Origin: Octopus vulgaris
Taxonomy: Eukaryota
Assembly (NCBI GenBank): GCA_951406725.2
Contig: OX597816.1
Span: forward strand, 59,768,001-59,832,000
Length of the DNA stretch: 64,000 nt
Direction: 5' to 3'
Every line of letters begins with the position of its first letter. The first letter of the stretch is position 1. A model generated the notes under the pieces. The model was not told where the DNA came from and made no database searches. It saw only the letters and a program-made list of their open reading frames with translations. Positions 38,705 to 57,396 of the stretch are shown here, piece after piece. The position numbers and the translations under genes were made by a program.

Positions 38705-39293
38705 CTGAAAAAATACATACAATATATTTGAATTAGACAAGTTAATTTATGTTAAAATATGTGTACCAATATCATGGTTATTATCAGGATTGTATTTTGC
38801 AACCCTGCAAAATACAACTGATCTTTACACACAGACGCACAGAATAACAGCAATCAAATAGCAACAGCAGAGTGCATAACAAACACCAGCGATCTATCTG
38901 ACTGTCGCCTGTACTCTTGACAAGAGATGCCAGTTAGTCTTTTACACCTACCAGGCTCGTTCGTATTAGTCTGAGTTGCTGGATAATTTCTGTTCCTTTA
39001 AGAATATTGTAGAACGGAAAATTTTCATAGATTGGAACTCTATAGAAATTTATTGTTTCAAGAAAACATTGAATTTGAAGAGAACATTTGCTGGGTGAAA
39101 ATAAACAGTGACCGGGCTCAATAAAAGGAGCCTGAGTTATTGGCTGCAATTATATACTTGAAGTCAATGCTGGTAGAAATTAAATCCGCTTTCAAATACA
39201 TGCTCACTTTACTAAATTTATATTTGGGCTAAGCCCAAACAGCCTGAGTGCCGGAGTCATCACTGATATATATGTAGTTAACTCTCTTGTATC

Positions 39294-39341
39294 GTCTCTG
39301 ATGAAGGGATATCCATAATATCCTGGAAACAGCTGTAAGAC
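39294..39341 (+). ncRNA. Minimal type I hammerhead ribozyme motif (Penelope-type)
   Basis: GTCT-CTGATGA-A-GGGATAT/ATATCCT-G-GAAAC AGCT GTA-AGAC: intact core, palindromic stem III, GUA cleavage triplet. Confidence 0.65.
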
Positions 39342-39444
39342 TGCCTTTCTCTTTATAATTGTCCTATAAATTCCACACAGCCTTGGTTTTTTTTTTGTTT
39401 CATTTTATTTAACACATATATATGTATATGTATATATGTGTGTA

Positions 39445-39478
<34 letters not shown>

Positions 39479-39489
39479 AATATATATAT

Positions 39490-44915
<5,426 letters not shown>

Positions 44916-45322
44916 CGCAGTAGTGGTTGTGTGGTAAGTAGCTTGCTTACCAACCACATGGTTCCAGGTTCAGTCCCACTGCGTGGCATCTTGGGTAAGT
45001 GTCTTTTGCTATAGCCTCGGGCCGACCAATGCCTTGTGAGTGGATTTGGTAGACGGAAACTGAAAGAAGCCTGTCGTATATATGTATATATATGTGTATG
45101 TATGTGTGTGTGTATGTTTGTGTGTCTGTGTTTGTCCCCCTAGCATTGCTTGACAACCGATGTTGGTGTGTTTACGTCCCCGTCACTTAGCGGTTCGGCA
45201 AAAGAGACCAATAGAATAAGTACTGGGCTTACAAAGAATAAGTCCCGAGGTCGATTTGCTCGACTAAAGGCGGTGCTCCAGCATGGCCGCAGTCAAATGA
45301 CAAACAAGTAAAAGAGTATATA

Positions 45323-45687
45323 CTAGCAGTATTGCCCGGCGTTGCTCGGGTTTGTTTTGACCCTTTAGAATTGGAATTTTTGAAAAGTAAAAATTTTGCA
45401 TTATGTAGCTTGTTATTCTCTTTAAGTGAACATTTTTCTGGTTGAAATACACCAAAAAATGGCGACAGAGCAGTAAAAAAATCGTAAAAAATAGGAATTT
45501 TCATAGAAAAAAAGCACCTTTTTGATGTAAATAATTTTTGGTGTTAACATGGTCCTTCTACGGAAGGAAGAGCAAGCCTTCTTCTAGCATACTCTCAATT
45601 TTGGTCAACTTGCGCCGTAGGAGAGTTTTAGTTGAAGGTTACCAAACCCGCCATACACAGACAACTTCAGCTTTATATATATAAGGA
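45323..45687 (-). mobile_element. Non-autonomous Helitron
   Basis: Minus strand: A|TCCTTATATATATAAAGCTG...ACAAACCCGAGCAACGCCGGGCAATACTGCTAG|T. Confidence 0.85.
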
Positions 45688-46172
45688 TAAGCATATTAAA
45701 AGATGTCCGCAGGAAAACTCATTTAAATAAAAGGGGTCCTTGGTAGTGAAAAGTTTGGGAACCTCACAATACGCCATGAGAAGTACTACCAAATAGAAAG
45801 TTGTCAGCAGTGTTTTGAAGCTAACCTGTGATTCTAATTGTCTCCCTTTAGTTTCACTGCAAACCAACACTTTAAGAAACACACACGAACATCACAACTT
45901 CCATTTCCTTCTTGCTGGAAAACTATAGGTTTTGTAAAATCCCTAGATTATTTTTAAGGCTGGCTGCCCGGCTTTGTTTTTCTTTATGTTATATGTCAAT
46001 GAGATTCGTCGATGCCTTATACTATCATCGCTGACATCTCATACCCTGGTGTATATATATATATATATATATATAACAGGAAGCTTTATGAAAATAAACA
46101 AAAGACGAAGGCAGGTGGAATACAAACAAACAATTGTATTAGTATGGCGCTCAGGAATATAAATAAAACAAG

Positions 46173-46210
46173 TCTTTTACGTTTCGAGCCTACGCTCTTC
46201 AACAGAAAGA
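46173..46210 (-). ncRNA. Minimal hammerhead-like motif with A6>U core change
   Basis: TCTTT-CTGTTGA-A-GAGC gtag GCTC-GAAAC GTA-AAAGA. It lies in a repeat with a decayed relative near 51700-51820. Confidence 0.45.
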
Positions 46211-49200
46211 TACACAGAAAAGAAACACGGAGAGAAACAAGGAGAGAAAAATATATATATATTCTCTCTTTACTCTTTTACTTGTTTCAGTCATTTGACT
46301 GTGGCCATGCTGGAGCACCGCATATAGTCGAGCAAATCGACTTATTCTTTGTAAGCCTAGTACTTATTCTATCGGTCTCTTTTGCCGAACCGTTAAGTTA
46401 CGGGGACATAAACACACCAGCATTGGTTGTCAAGCGATGTTGGGGGGACAAACACAGACACACAAACATATACACACACACGTATATATATGTGCCACGC
46501 AGTGGGACTGAACCCGGAACCATGTGGTTGGTAAGCAAGCTACTTACCACACAGCCACTCCTACGCCTATATATATATATATATATATATATCTTAACAG
46601 ATTGCTGAATTGTATAACATGAAAAGAAACCGGCTGATGCAGTTAATGAGTGAAGTTGCTTAGCCCTAGGTCATAAAGTGAGTCAGTGGAACATATGATC
46701 GGGGTATTCCGACTGTGACCATCCTCTCTTTTGTATACTTCTTTATGATAGTGGGTTATAATTTGAGAAAGAGTTTAGCTGCTGTTTCTAGCAATCTGAG
46801 CAACTGTGCAGAACCTGGGGCTTTGGTTCATGAAGTTGAATCTACTCTGTAGTAGGTTCAACACTACAAGCGTGCGCGCGCTCGTGTGTGTGTGTGTTTA
46901 ATGATGGGTGAATAGATGAGCCACCTCTCATTTTTCATATTCTCACACCCGACCCAACTTCAACTGTCTTTTTCACTTCCTGGGCCGCTCCAACTGCAAT
47001 TAGGGGTATTTGGATGAAGAGGAAAAGGCAAAGAACAGTGGTTACTGTCGAAGAATGTTGTCACAAGTGGATCAAAAGACCCAGTTTTCAGCAATGAAAC
47101 AATACTACTACTGACAATAAATATAACCGCGCGCGCGCGCACACACACGGAGACAATTTCGACATTCATTCGGTTTGATTACAAAAAGGAAATGAAAACA
47201 TTGTCACTTATATTCAGTAATGTCCAGATGGGCGTCTCCAATAGATGGCCCCTCAATTTATTTTGTTTTTTAATTTCTTAGGATTTCGCTGTTTTCAACA
47301 ACAGAGATTTCGATTTTGCTTTAAAAAAAACAAAAAAAAACTTTCAAATTTTAAATCCCACCCACAGCCGTCGCCACTATCATCAATTATTCGTTTTTAA
47401 CTTTTTCGAAATTATTTTTCAATTAAATAATAAAAAAAAAAAATTCAATTCGAAATCTAAATATTCCGAAAAATTAAAACTGTGAAATTACACTTTCTTC
47501 ATAAATATTAATACCGACTGCTTACAATAAATATTTTCCATTTACAGTTTGTGGTCTAAAATCGAAAGCCATAAACCACAAATTTGATCTATATGTGTGT
47601 ATGTGGTCATATACACACAGAGGAGCGAGACGAGACTTGTAATGCTTGCTTATATATATATATACATCCGCACGAGCGTGTTTATACACACCAGAGGAAA
47701 GTAGTCATGGCTTGCATATATGCAAATATACATAATTAAAAGTGTGTTTACATACACAAGAGGAAAATAGAGACACCTTGTGTATAGACATATATACATC
47801 CGCACACGAATGTTTACAAATAGAAAAGGAAATTAATGCTGGTGTTACTGTGTATGTACATGTACATAATATATACGTGCATACATATATACGTACATCT
47901 GCACATTTATATATATACATCCGTACACACAAGAGAAAACTACGTATGTACATACACACATATAAATACAATTATCCAGACAAGTATTTATAGAATCACA
48001 CACACGTACATGCACACTCACACACGTGTGTGTGTATATATATATATATACACACACAAACACATGCTTATATGCGCACGTACACATGAAATAAAAAAAT
48101 CCGCACAAAACAGGTTTCCTTTCACGATACACAAAACGAAATACGGGGGAAAAGGTTTTGGGACCGTCATTGTTGAAGGAATGTACCCGAGTATTTTACT
48201 GGTATTTACTTAATCAACTCTGGAACGATGAAGGAAAATATTAAAAGCGAATCTCAAGAATTCCGAACAATGAGAAGCGAAAATGTAAATAAAAGAATAA
48301 CATTTTGGTGCCGTCTTTGGTTATTCTTCATCATTTAGGAAGTGGGGGGTGGTGACGAAAGAAGTCTATATGTGGGTGTTTGATCTGCTAAAAATAAGAG
48401 CCAAATCTCTGTCTTCTTTGAAAAAGAAGCACAGTGCTCAAAGAACAGTGTGTAAAGAGGAAAGAGAGACTGAGTGGATGACCACGGTGGGAATATTTTT
48501 TATCATAGGCCCGTCAGGTCAGGAACGACCATGGGCTAAACAACATGAGAAGGAGGAGGGAGAGAGAGAGAGTATCTGAAGGAGGGAGATAAAGAAAAGA
48601 GAAATGAAAATATATTAGAGAAAGGAGGAGGAGAGAAACAAATAGAGTGTGAGGGGGAACGGGAGAATTGTGGGTGGGGAAAGAGACAGGGGTAGGATGG
48701 ATAACCAGGGTTCAGCAATAAAACTGGGTTCCTTCATGAAACAAGAGTCGAAGAGATAAGGGTAACATCACCACCACCACCACCAACAACAACAACAAAA
48801 CACCAACATACAGTTTACTAATCCTGCCTTTCTCTCCACGGACGTTGTGATTGATTGATTGACTGATTGATTGATTGAGAAAGACAGAAAAAATGAGAGA
48901 AGGAAGGAAGGAAGAGAGAAAAAGAAGAAAGAAAGAAAATAAAAAAGTAAAAGATAAGGTTAGCATCTGACAACGTTTAAACCTCACTAATATCGCCATC
49001 ACCGCTACCACCACCACCACCGCTCTCTCCGCATGCTTTAGCGTTGTTGGCCAATGGAAAAAGAAGCACCAGTTCCATGTGAATTTTACCAATTCCAGCT
49101 TTGAAATCACTAACAAACACATACGCATACGGACATTTCACACTCGCGTATTTGTTTGGGTACAGAGAGGCAGCAGACAAGTATATATATATACGATACT

Positions 49201-49287
49201 CGCGCTTGCGTGTGAGCATGTGTACATGCATATATATATATATATATATATATATCAAATACAAAACAGTAGAAAAATACACAACCG

Positions 49288-49369
<82 letters not shown>

Positions 49370-49371
<2 letters not shown>

Positions 49372-50137
49372 CGCAGGAGTGATTGTGTGGTTGCTTACCA
49401 AACACATGCTTCCGGGTTCAGTCCCACTGCGTGGAATCTTGTACAAGTGTCTTCTGCTATAGCCTCGGGCTGACCAAAGCCTTGTGAGTGGATTTGGTAG
49501 ACGGAAACTGAAAGAAGCCCGTCCTATATATGTATATATATATGTGTGTGTGTCTGTGTTTGTCCCCCTAGCATTGCTGGTGTGTTTATGTCCTCCGTAA
49601 CTTAGCGGTTCGGCAAAAGAGACTGATAGAATAAGTACTAGGCTTACAAAGAATAAGTCCTGGGGTTGATTTGCTCGACTAAAGGCGGTGCTCCAGCATG
49701 GCCGCAGTCAAATGACTGAAACAAGTAAAAGAGTAAAAAGTAAGAGTATATATATATATTCATTCTATTATTTGTTTCATTCATCTTCACTGCGGCCATG
49801 CTGGAGCACCGCCTTTAGTCAAGCAAATTGACCCCAGGACTTATTCTTTGTAAGCCTAGTACTTATTCTATCGGTCACTTTTGCCGAACCGCTACATTAC
49901 GGGGCGTAGACACACCAACATCGGTTGTCAAGCGATGGTGGGGGGACAAGCACAGACACACACACATATATACATACATACGACGGGCTTCTTTCGGTTT
50001 CCGTCTACCAAATCCACTCACAAGGCTTTGGTTGGCCTGAGACTATTGTAGAAGACACTTGCCCAAGGTGCTACGCAGTGGGACTGAACCTGGAACCATG
50101 TGGTTGGCAAACAAGCTACTTACCACACAACCACTCC
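49370..50137. mobile_element. Tail-to-tail inverted pair of family B SINEs
   Basis: + copy 49370-49746 and - copy about 49775-50137, separated by a short TA-rich spacer. Confidence 0.9.
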
Positions 50138-50304
50138 TTATTTTTAATCAGCAGAAGTTACACAGAGACTCAAGGGCCAAGAGCTTCATGCATGGCGCTT
50201 ATCAAGTGGCATATACAGATAAAAGTAAAACAAAATAAAATAATACATTACATGTGTGCACAACCACACACACATGCAAGGGTGTATATATATATATATA
50301 TATA

Positions 50305-51050
50305 TCATCATCATCGTTTAGCGTCCGCTTTCCATGGACGGTTCAACTGGGGTCTGGGAAGCCAGAAGGCTGCACCAGGCCCAGTCTGATCTGGCAATGT
50401 TTCTATGGCTGGGTGCCCTTCCTAACGCCAACCACTCCGTGAGTGTAGTGGGTGCTTTTTACGTGCCACCGGCACAGGTGCCAGACGAGGCTGGCAACGG
50501 CCACAATCGGATGGTGCTTTTTACGTGCCACCAGCACGAGGCCAGTCGGGGTGGCGCTGGCAACGGCGACGTTCGGATGGTTCTCTTACATACCACTGGC
50601 ACTGGTATCACAGTTGCAACTTCCATTGATGTTGATCGATTTCGATTTTCACTTGCCTCAACAGGTCTTCAGAAGTAGAGTTTTGTGTCCCAAGAAGGAA
50701 AGGTATGCATAAGTGGACTGGCTACATCACATGTAGAGGCCACGGGTTATGGTCTCACTCGTCCTGTCGGGTCTTCTCACGCACAGCATTCTTCCAAAGG
50801 TCTTGGTCTCTAGTCATTTCCTCAGTGAGACCTAAAGTTCGAAGGTCGTGCTTCACCACCTCGTCCCAGGTTTTCCTGGGTTTGCCTCTTCCACGGGTTC
50901 CCTCAACCGTTAGGTGTGGCACTTTTTCACACAACAATCTTCATCCATTCTCACCATATGACCATACCAGTGCAAATGTCTCTCTTGCACACCACAACTG
51001 ATGCTTCTTAGGTCCAGCTTTTCTCTCAAGGTACTTACACTGTCGAGTAT
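50305..51050 (-). mobile_element. RTE LINE 3' end with full 3' UTR
   Basis: LREKLDLRSISCGVQERHLHWYGHMVRMDEDCCVKKC / VEGTRGRGKPRKTWDEVVKHDLRTLGLTEEMTRDQDLWKNAV, continuous with the (TGA)n-tailed repeat. Confidence 0.9.
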
Positions 51051-51056
51051 GAACAC

Positions 51057-51101
<45 letters not shown>

Positions 51102-51829
51102 AAGGAAAACAATATTGCATACACACATCACTCACACTTGCTCTCAGTTGCCTGAAACAACTGAAGCTTTACGGACAGACAGACAGGCAGATAGATAAAC
51201 AGGAAGCTGAATATATATATTTATATACACACACACACATATATCATCATCATCACCATCATTTAACATCTGTTTTCTATGCTGGCATGGGTTGGACGAT
51301 TACACAGGAACTGACAAGGCCTGGGGCTGTACCAGGTTCCATTGTCCATTTTGGTTTGGTTTCTATAATTGGATGCCCTTAATATTAATCACTTTACCGG
51401 GTGTACAGGGTGCTTTTTACATGGCACCAGCACAAGTGATACACACACATAAATTAAACAAACAACAAGGGAATAAGAAATTATGTCATGAATTTCATTA
51501 GCTAACAGTTGTTTCTGCTACTAGATGCAATGCACTCATATTTAAGTGCTTGTGTATCACCTTATAGCTTCAAGGCTTCAAAAATTCCCTTATCATTTAT
51601 TTAATTTCATATTACTGTTCTGTACTTGACTGTCACTTTGTCCTGAAACATATATACATATTGAGTTCTAACATCAGGTTATTAGTATGATTATCCCTAA
51701 GCATAGGCTGAAGACGTCAGAGTATCTTCCATTTTTCCTGAGCATCAAACTAATACACCTCTGTTGTTTCTTCACCTGTCTTTGTCTTCTGTTCTTTTTT
51801 TCCATACAATTTTGAACCATATATATATA

Positions 51830-52533
51830 TCATCGTTTAACGTCCGTTTTCCATGCTGGCATGGGTTGGACGGTTCGACTGGGGTCTGGGAAGCCAGGAG
51901 GCTGCACCAGGCCCCAATCTGATCTGGCAGTGTTTCTAGAGCTGGATGCCCTTCTTAATGCCAACCACTCCGAGAGTGTAGTGGATGCTTTTTACATTCC
52001 ACTGGCACAGGGTCCAGAGGAGCTAGCATTGACCACAATTGGATAGTGCTTTTTACATGTCACCGGCACGGAAGCCTGTCAAGGCAGCACTGGCATCGGC
52101 CACATTCAGATGGTGCTTTTTACGGTACTGGCATCGGTCACATTTGGATGGTGCTTTTTACATGCCACCGGCATCATAGGGCGACATGCTGTGCTTGAGG
52201 AGACCTATTGAGTCAAGTACATCAACACCAGTATCAAAATCAAATCAAATCAAATGGCAATTGTAGTTGTGGCCATTGCATGTGCTGGCGGCATGCGATA
52301 AGCACCATTCATTTATGTGGGGTGAGGGGGCGCTGTCTGACTGGCTCCTATGCCGGTGGCAAGTAAAAAGCACCCACTACACTCTCAGAGTGGTTGGCGT
52401 TAGGAAGAGCATCCAGCTGTAGAAACACTGCCAGATCAGACTGGAGCCTGATGCAGCCATCTGGCTTCCCAGACCCCAGTCGAACTGTTCAATCCATCCT
52501 AGCATGGAAAACAGACGTTAAACGATGATGATG
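51830..52533. mobile_element. Head-to-head inverted pair of RTE 3' UTR fragments
   Basis: catcgtttaacgtccgttttccatgct... at 51831 mirrors ...agcatggaaaacagacgttaaacgatgatg at 52501-52533. Confidence 0.8.
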
Positions 52534-52971
52534 ACATATATAATATATACATATATGTATATATATGTGTGTATATATATATATATATATGTAGACACAT
52601 ATATATGTATACACATATATATGTGTATACATCTATATATATATAATGTATACACACACACATATATGTATCATCATTTAACATCCATTGTCCATGCTGA
52701 CACGGGTTGGATTGTTTGACTGGGCTGACAACTGGAAGGCTGCACCAGACTCCAGTCTGATTTGGCATGATTTTCTACAGATGGATGCCCTTCCTAATGC
52801 CACCAACCACTCCGAGAGTGTAATGGGTACTTTTTACTTGCCACCAGCATGGGAGCCAGTCAGGCAGCACTGGCATCGGCCACGTTTGGACGGTGCTTTT
52901 TATGTGTGGGGTCACTGAGTTTCTTTTGAGTGTTGGGCCTGGGCCTCACAGAGGCAAAGCCTCTTGAAGGC

Positions 52972-53071
52972 NNNNNNNNNNNNNNNNNNNNNNNNNNNNN
53001 NNNNNNNNNNNNNNNNNNNNNNNNNNNNNNNNNNNNNNNNNNNNNNNNNNNNNNNNNNNNNNNNNNNNNNN
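52972..53071. other. Assembly gap (100 N)
   Basis: N run. Other 100-N gaps at 57999-58098, 60283-60382 and 61748-61847. Confidence 1.
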
Positions 53072-53241
53072 AAGATAATTATTATGGGAGGCACAGAAGA
53101 CAATAAAGTGGAATGGAGGAGTTGAGGTTAAAATGAATTAGCTTCCTGATGACGAATTCAGCAAATAGCATGATATATATCTTGATATGTGCGTGTGCAT
53201 ATACATACATGTGTGAGTGTATACACACATATATGTATATA

Positions 53242-53282
<41 letters not shown>

Positions 53283-53459
53283 GAGTGTATATATATATAT
53301 ATATATATACACATATATATATACAAATGTATATTCATAAATACATACATATATATATACATCTATATACATATATATATACATATATTTATACAAACAA
53401 ACACTATACATATATATATATATGTGTATATTTATAAATATACATTTGTATATATATAT

Positions 53460-53877
53460 TTAAAAGACTCCGCACAGATTAGCAAGGGGACGATGCAAGT
53501 TGGTGTCGACACACCTTCAGGACACAAGCAGGGAACCTATCGGGGCCTACTGCTGAAATTAACGTTTATCGCCGCTAAGAGCATCAGGGGCACGTATATA
53601 CGTTATGTCCGATATAGTGTGTTGGGGATAATCAGCTGACACAGCCCAGATCTGCATATCAGGATTGCTGAAATACAGAGTACAGTATTGTTTCTGCAGT
53701 ATCTCGGCCATGGATTTGGCATTATCTTGGAGTGCCAGTTTCGTCAATAAAGGGCCTACAGTGGACACAGTGACCCTGCGTTTCGCTCAAATGAAAAGAA
53801 CATTGGGGTTGAGTTTGATTTTTTCAATGGCCCACTTCTCCTCAGCTGATATATATATATATATATGAGGGACATAC

Positions 53878-53908
<31 letters not shown>

Positions 53909-53921
53909 CAGTGCGATAGCC

Positions 53922-53998
<77 letters not shown>

Positions 53999-54300
53999 CA
54001 TATATATATACATATATATATATACATACATATACATATATATATATACATATATATACATATATATATACATATATATATACATATATATACACCATAC
54101 ATATATATCTTATGGGTGATTTCAACTTCCAACGTCAAATGGCCCGAAGGTCACATATATCAGGAATGAATACATTTGATAGCAAGTCGTGGAGTCCCTG
54201 ATTGCATCACCAGTTGGTATATTCATGGAGATCCATGTTGTACTCAAGCCATACTAGGGCTGGAGAATACACATATATATATCTCTGCTTCACGAACAAT
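53460..54300. mobile_element. Shredded CR1-like LINE ORF2 pieces interleaved with (TA)n
   Basis: Minus strand [13 protein letters not shown]...STVGPLL...DNAKSMAEILQKQY. Plus strand LMGDFNF (APE motif) near 54110. Confidence 0.7.
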
Positions 54301-54305
54301 ATACA

Positions 54306-54337
<32 letters not shown>

Positions 54338-54551
54338 CATATATATATACATATATATATATACATATATATATACATATATATATACAGCCTATATATA
54401 TATATATATATATACATATATCTGATACTTCATATATACATATATATATACATATATATATATATATACATATATACATATATATATATATCATATACAT
54501 ATATATGTATATATACATGAAACTAGAATGTTTCATGTCTTCTGTGCATAT

Positions 54552-54583
<32 letters not shown>

Positions 54584-54606
54584 GTATGTATATATATATA
54601 TACAGG

Positions 54607-54642
<36 letters not shown>

Positions 54643-54749
54643 TCTCAACCATACATCCCAAAAGTAGCGAAACACACCGTAAAAACATACATATGTATAT
54701 ATATATATGCAACAATCCTATGTGAATAGAAAGCAGACAAAGAAGTCTG

Positions 54750-54791
<42 letters not shown>

Positions 54792-54919
54792 GGCCTATAT
54801 ATATATATACATATATATATATACATATATATATACATATATAGGACCCCTCCTCCAAATAGGATGGCTACATATATATATACATACTATATATACATAA
54901 GATACTGAATGACCAGTTC

Positions 54920-54952
<33 letters not shown>

Positions 54953-55075
54953 CATATATATACATATATATATATACATATATATATACAGGCGGTTACA
55001 ATAGAATATATATACATATATATATATACATATATATACATAGCCATATATATATACATATATATATACATATAT

Positions 55076-55106
<31 letters not shown>

Positions 55107-55224
55107 CATAAATACATACAAGATATATACTTATATATACTTGTACATATACTGCCAAGCATATATATATATATATATATGCTCAATACATATATATAAG
55201 TAGAGCAGATATAAAACTATAGGC

Positions 55225-55850
55225 TCATATATCTGACTTCACACATCAGCAAAGTCATGGAAAGGATAGTCAGAAAGAAACTAATCGCATTCCTTGAGGA
55301 AAATAACTTACTGAGTAATACCCAGCATGGTTTTCGACCAGGTAGGAGCTGCCTGACCCAGCTCTTACAGCATAATGACTGGGTGTTGAGGCAACTCAAC
55401 AAATCAAATGTGGACGTAATCTACCTTGATTTTGCAGAAGCTTTTGACAAGGTGGATCATGGTATGATATGCCACAAACTACGTGACCTCGGCATAACTG
55501 GAAAAACTTGGAGTGTGGGCCAATGACTTCCTGAAAGATAGAGTCATGCAGGTGGTTAATGGAGCCACCTCATAACACACAAATAGTGAGCGGTGTTCCA
55601 CAGGGCACTGTCTTGGGACCACTGCTTTTTATAGTGGCCCTCTCAGATATGCCCTCAAATGCCCGGATAGCCACTCTGGCCAGCTATGCAGACGATACCA
55701 AAGTCTCGCAGAAAATACAGAACCCCAGCGATCGTTGCACACCTGCAGCAGGAGTTGGACTCAATCTACAGCATGGGCTGAGGATAATAAATATGCAGTT
55801 TAATGCGTGCACACTAAATTCCAGGCCCTGCGCTACCAGCATCCAAAACT
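55225..55850 (+). mobile_element. CR1-like LINE reverse transcriptase core
   Basis: QHGFRPGRSCLTQLL, VDVIYLDFAEAFDKVDHG, SGVPQGTVLGPLLF, YADDTK. Confidence 0.92.
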
Positions 55851-56400
55851 GAATAGCTTCATTTCTTTACAAGTCTACGCATGTCTTCTGCAGTCACAGC
55901 CCATGTTTCATTACCGTGAAGCATGGCAGTTAGCACACATGCATCATATAATCTACCTTTTGCTCTGAGTGAGACGAGGCCTTTTGTTGCCAGTAGGGGT
56001 AAGGAACTTTCTGAACTTTGCCCAGGCTATTCGTATTCTAGTGGTGATACTCTCTGTGCATCCACCTCCGCTACTAACTTGGTCTCCAGGTAGCGGAAAC
56101 TATCAACTACTTCTGAAAGGTTTCTCTCCCTGGAGTGTGATGGAATCTGTTTTCTGAGTGTCTGTTGTGTCTATTGTCCCTGTGCATCTGCACGCACATG
56201 TAAGCTATCTTATCTGTTAATTTCCCTTTAATGTTGCTGCACCTCTTATGTGTCCATAACTTACATTGGGTGCATCTTTATGGAGTTTCTACCTGTACAC
56301 TATTCCTATATAGCAGGGCCACCTATATGTGTATATACACTAATACTTTGGTCTTTGCTACATTTATTCTAAGGCCCTTTGATACCCTTGCTTCCATACA
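55851..56400 (-). mobile_element. RTE LINE RT fragment
   Basis: [14 protein letters not shown], followed by a zinc-knuckle-like WTHKRCS and VLTAMLHGNETWAVTAED segments. Confidence 0.75.
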
Positions 56401-56401
56401 G

Positions 56402-56500
<99 letters not shown>

Positions 56501-56607
56501 CATATATATAGACATATATATATATATACATATATATACATATATATAGACATATATATATATATATACATATATATATACATATATATATACATATATA
56601 TATATAC

Positions 56608-56650
<43 letters not shown>

Positions 56651-56697
56651 TATATACATATATATATACATATATATATATATATACATATATATAC

Positions 56698-56748
<51 letters not shown>

Positions 56749-56815
56749 CATATATATACATATATATATATATATACATATACATATACATATATATATA
56801 TACATATACATATAC

Positions 56816-56854
<39 letters not shown>

Positions 56855-56873
56855 TATATACATATATATATAC

Positions 56874-56916
<43 letters not shown>

Positions 56917-56958
56917 TATACATATATATATACATATATATATATATACATATATATA

Positions 56959-57000
<42 letters not shown>

Positions 57001-57317
57001 TATATACATATATATATATACATATATATATACATATATATATATACATATATATACATACATATATATATACATATATATATATATATACATATATATA
57101 CATATATATATACATATATATATACATATATATACACATATATATATACATACATATATATATACATATATATATACATATATATATACATACATATATA
57201 CATACATATATACACATATATATATATACATATATACATACATATATATACACATATATATATACATACATATATATACACATATATATATATACATATA
57301 TATACACATATACATAC

Positions 57318-57348
<31 letters not shown>

Positions 57349-57396
57349 CACATATATATATATACATTTATATACATACATATACATATATATATA
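56400..57396. repeat. (TA)n/(TACA)n compound microsatellite
   Basis: Direct inspection. Confidence 0.95.

Noticed and set aside
38952-39039. Possible ATXN7L3 exon (ttctatag|...CTG|gtaggt, phase 0 donor)
   Set aside because: No in-frame ATG and no Sgf11 similarity. The peptide NFPFYNIL resembles a Penelope GIY-YIG tail and lies beside a PLE-type hammerhead. Not excluded, but unsupported.
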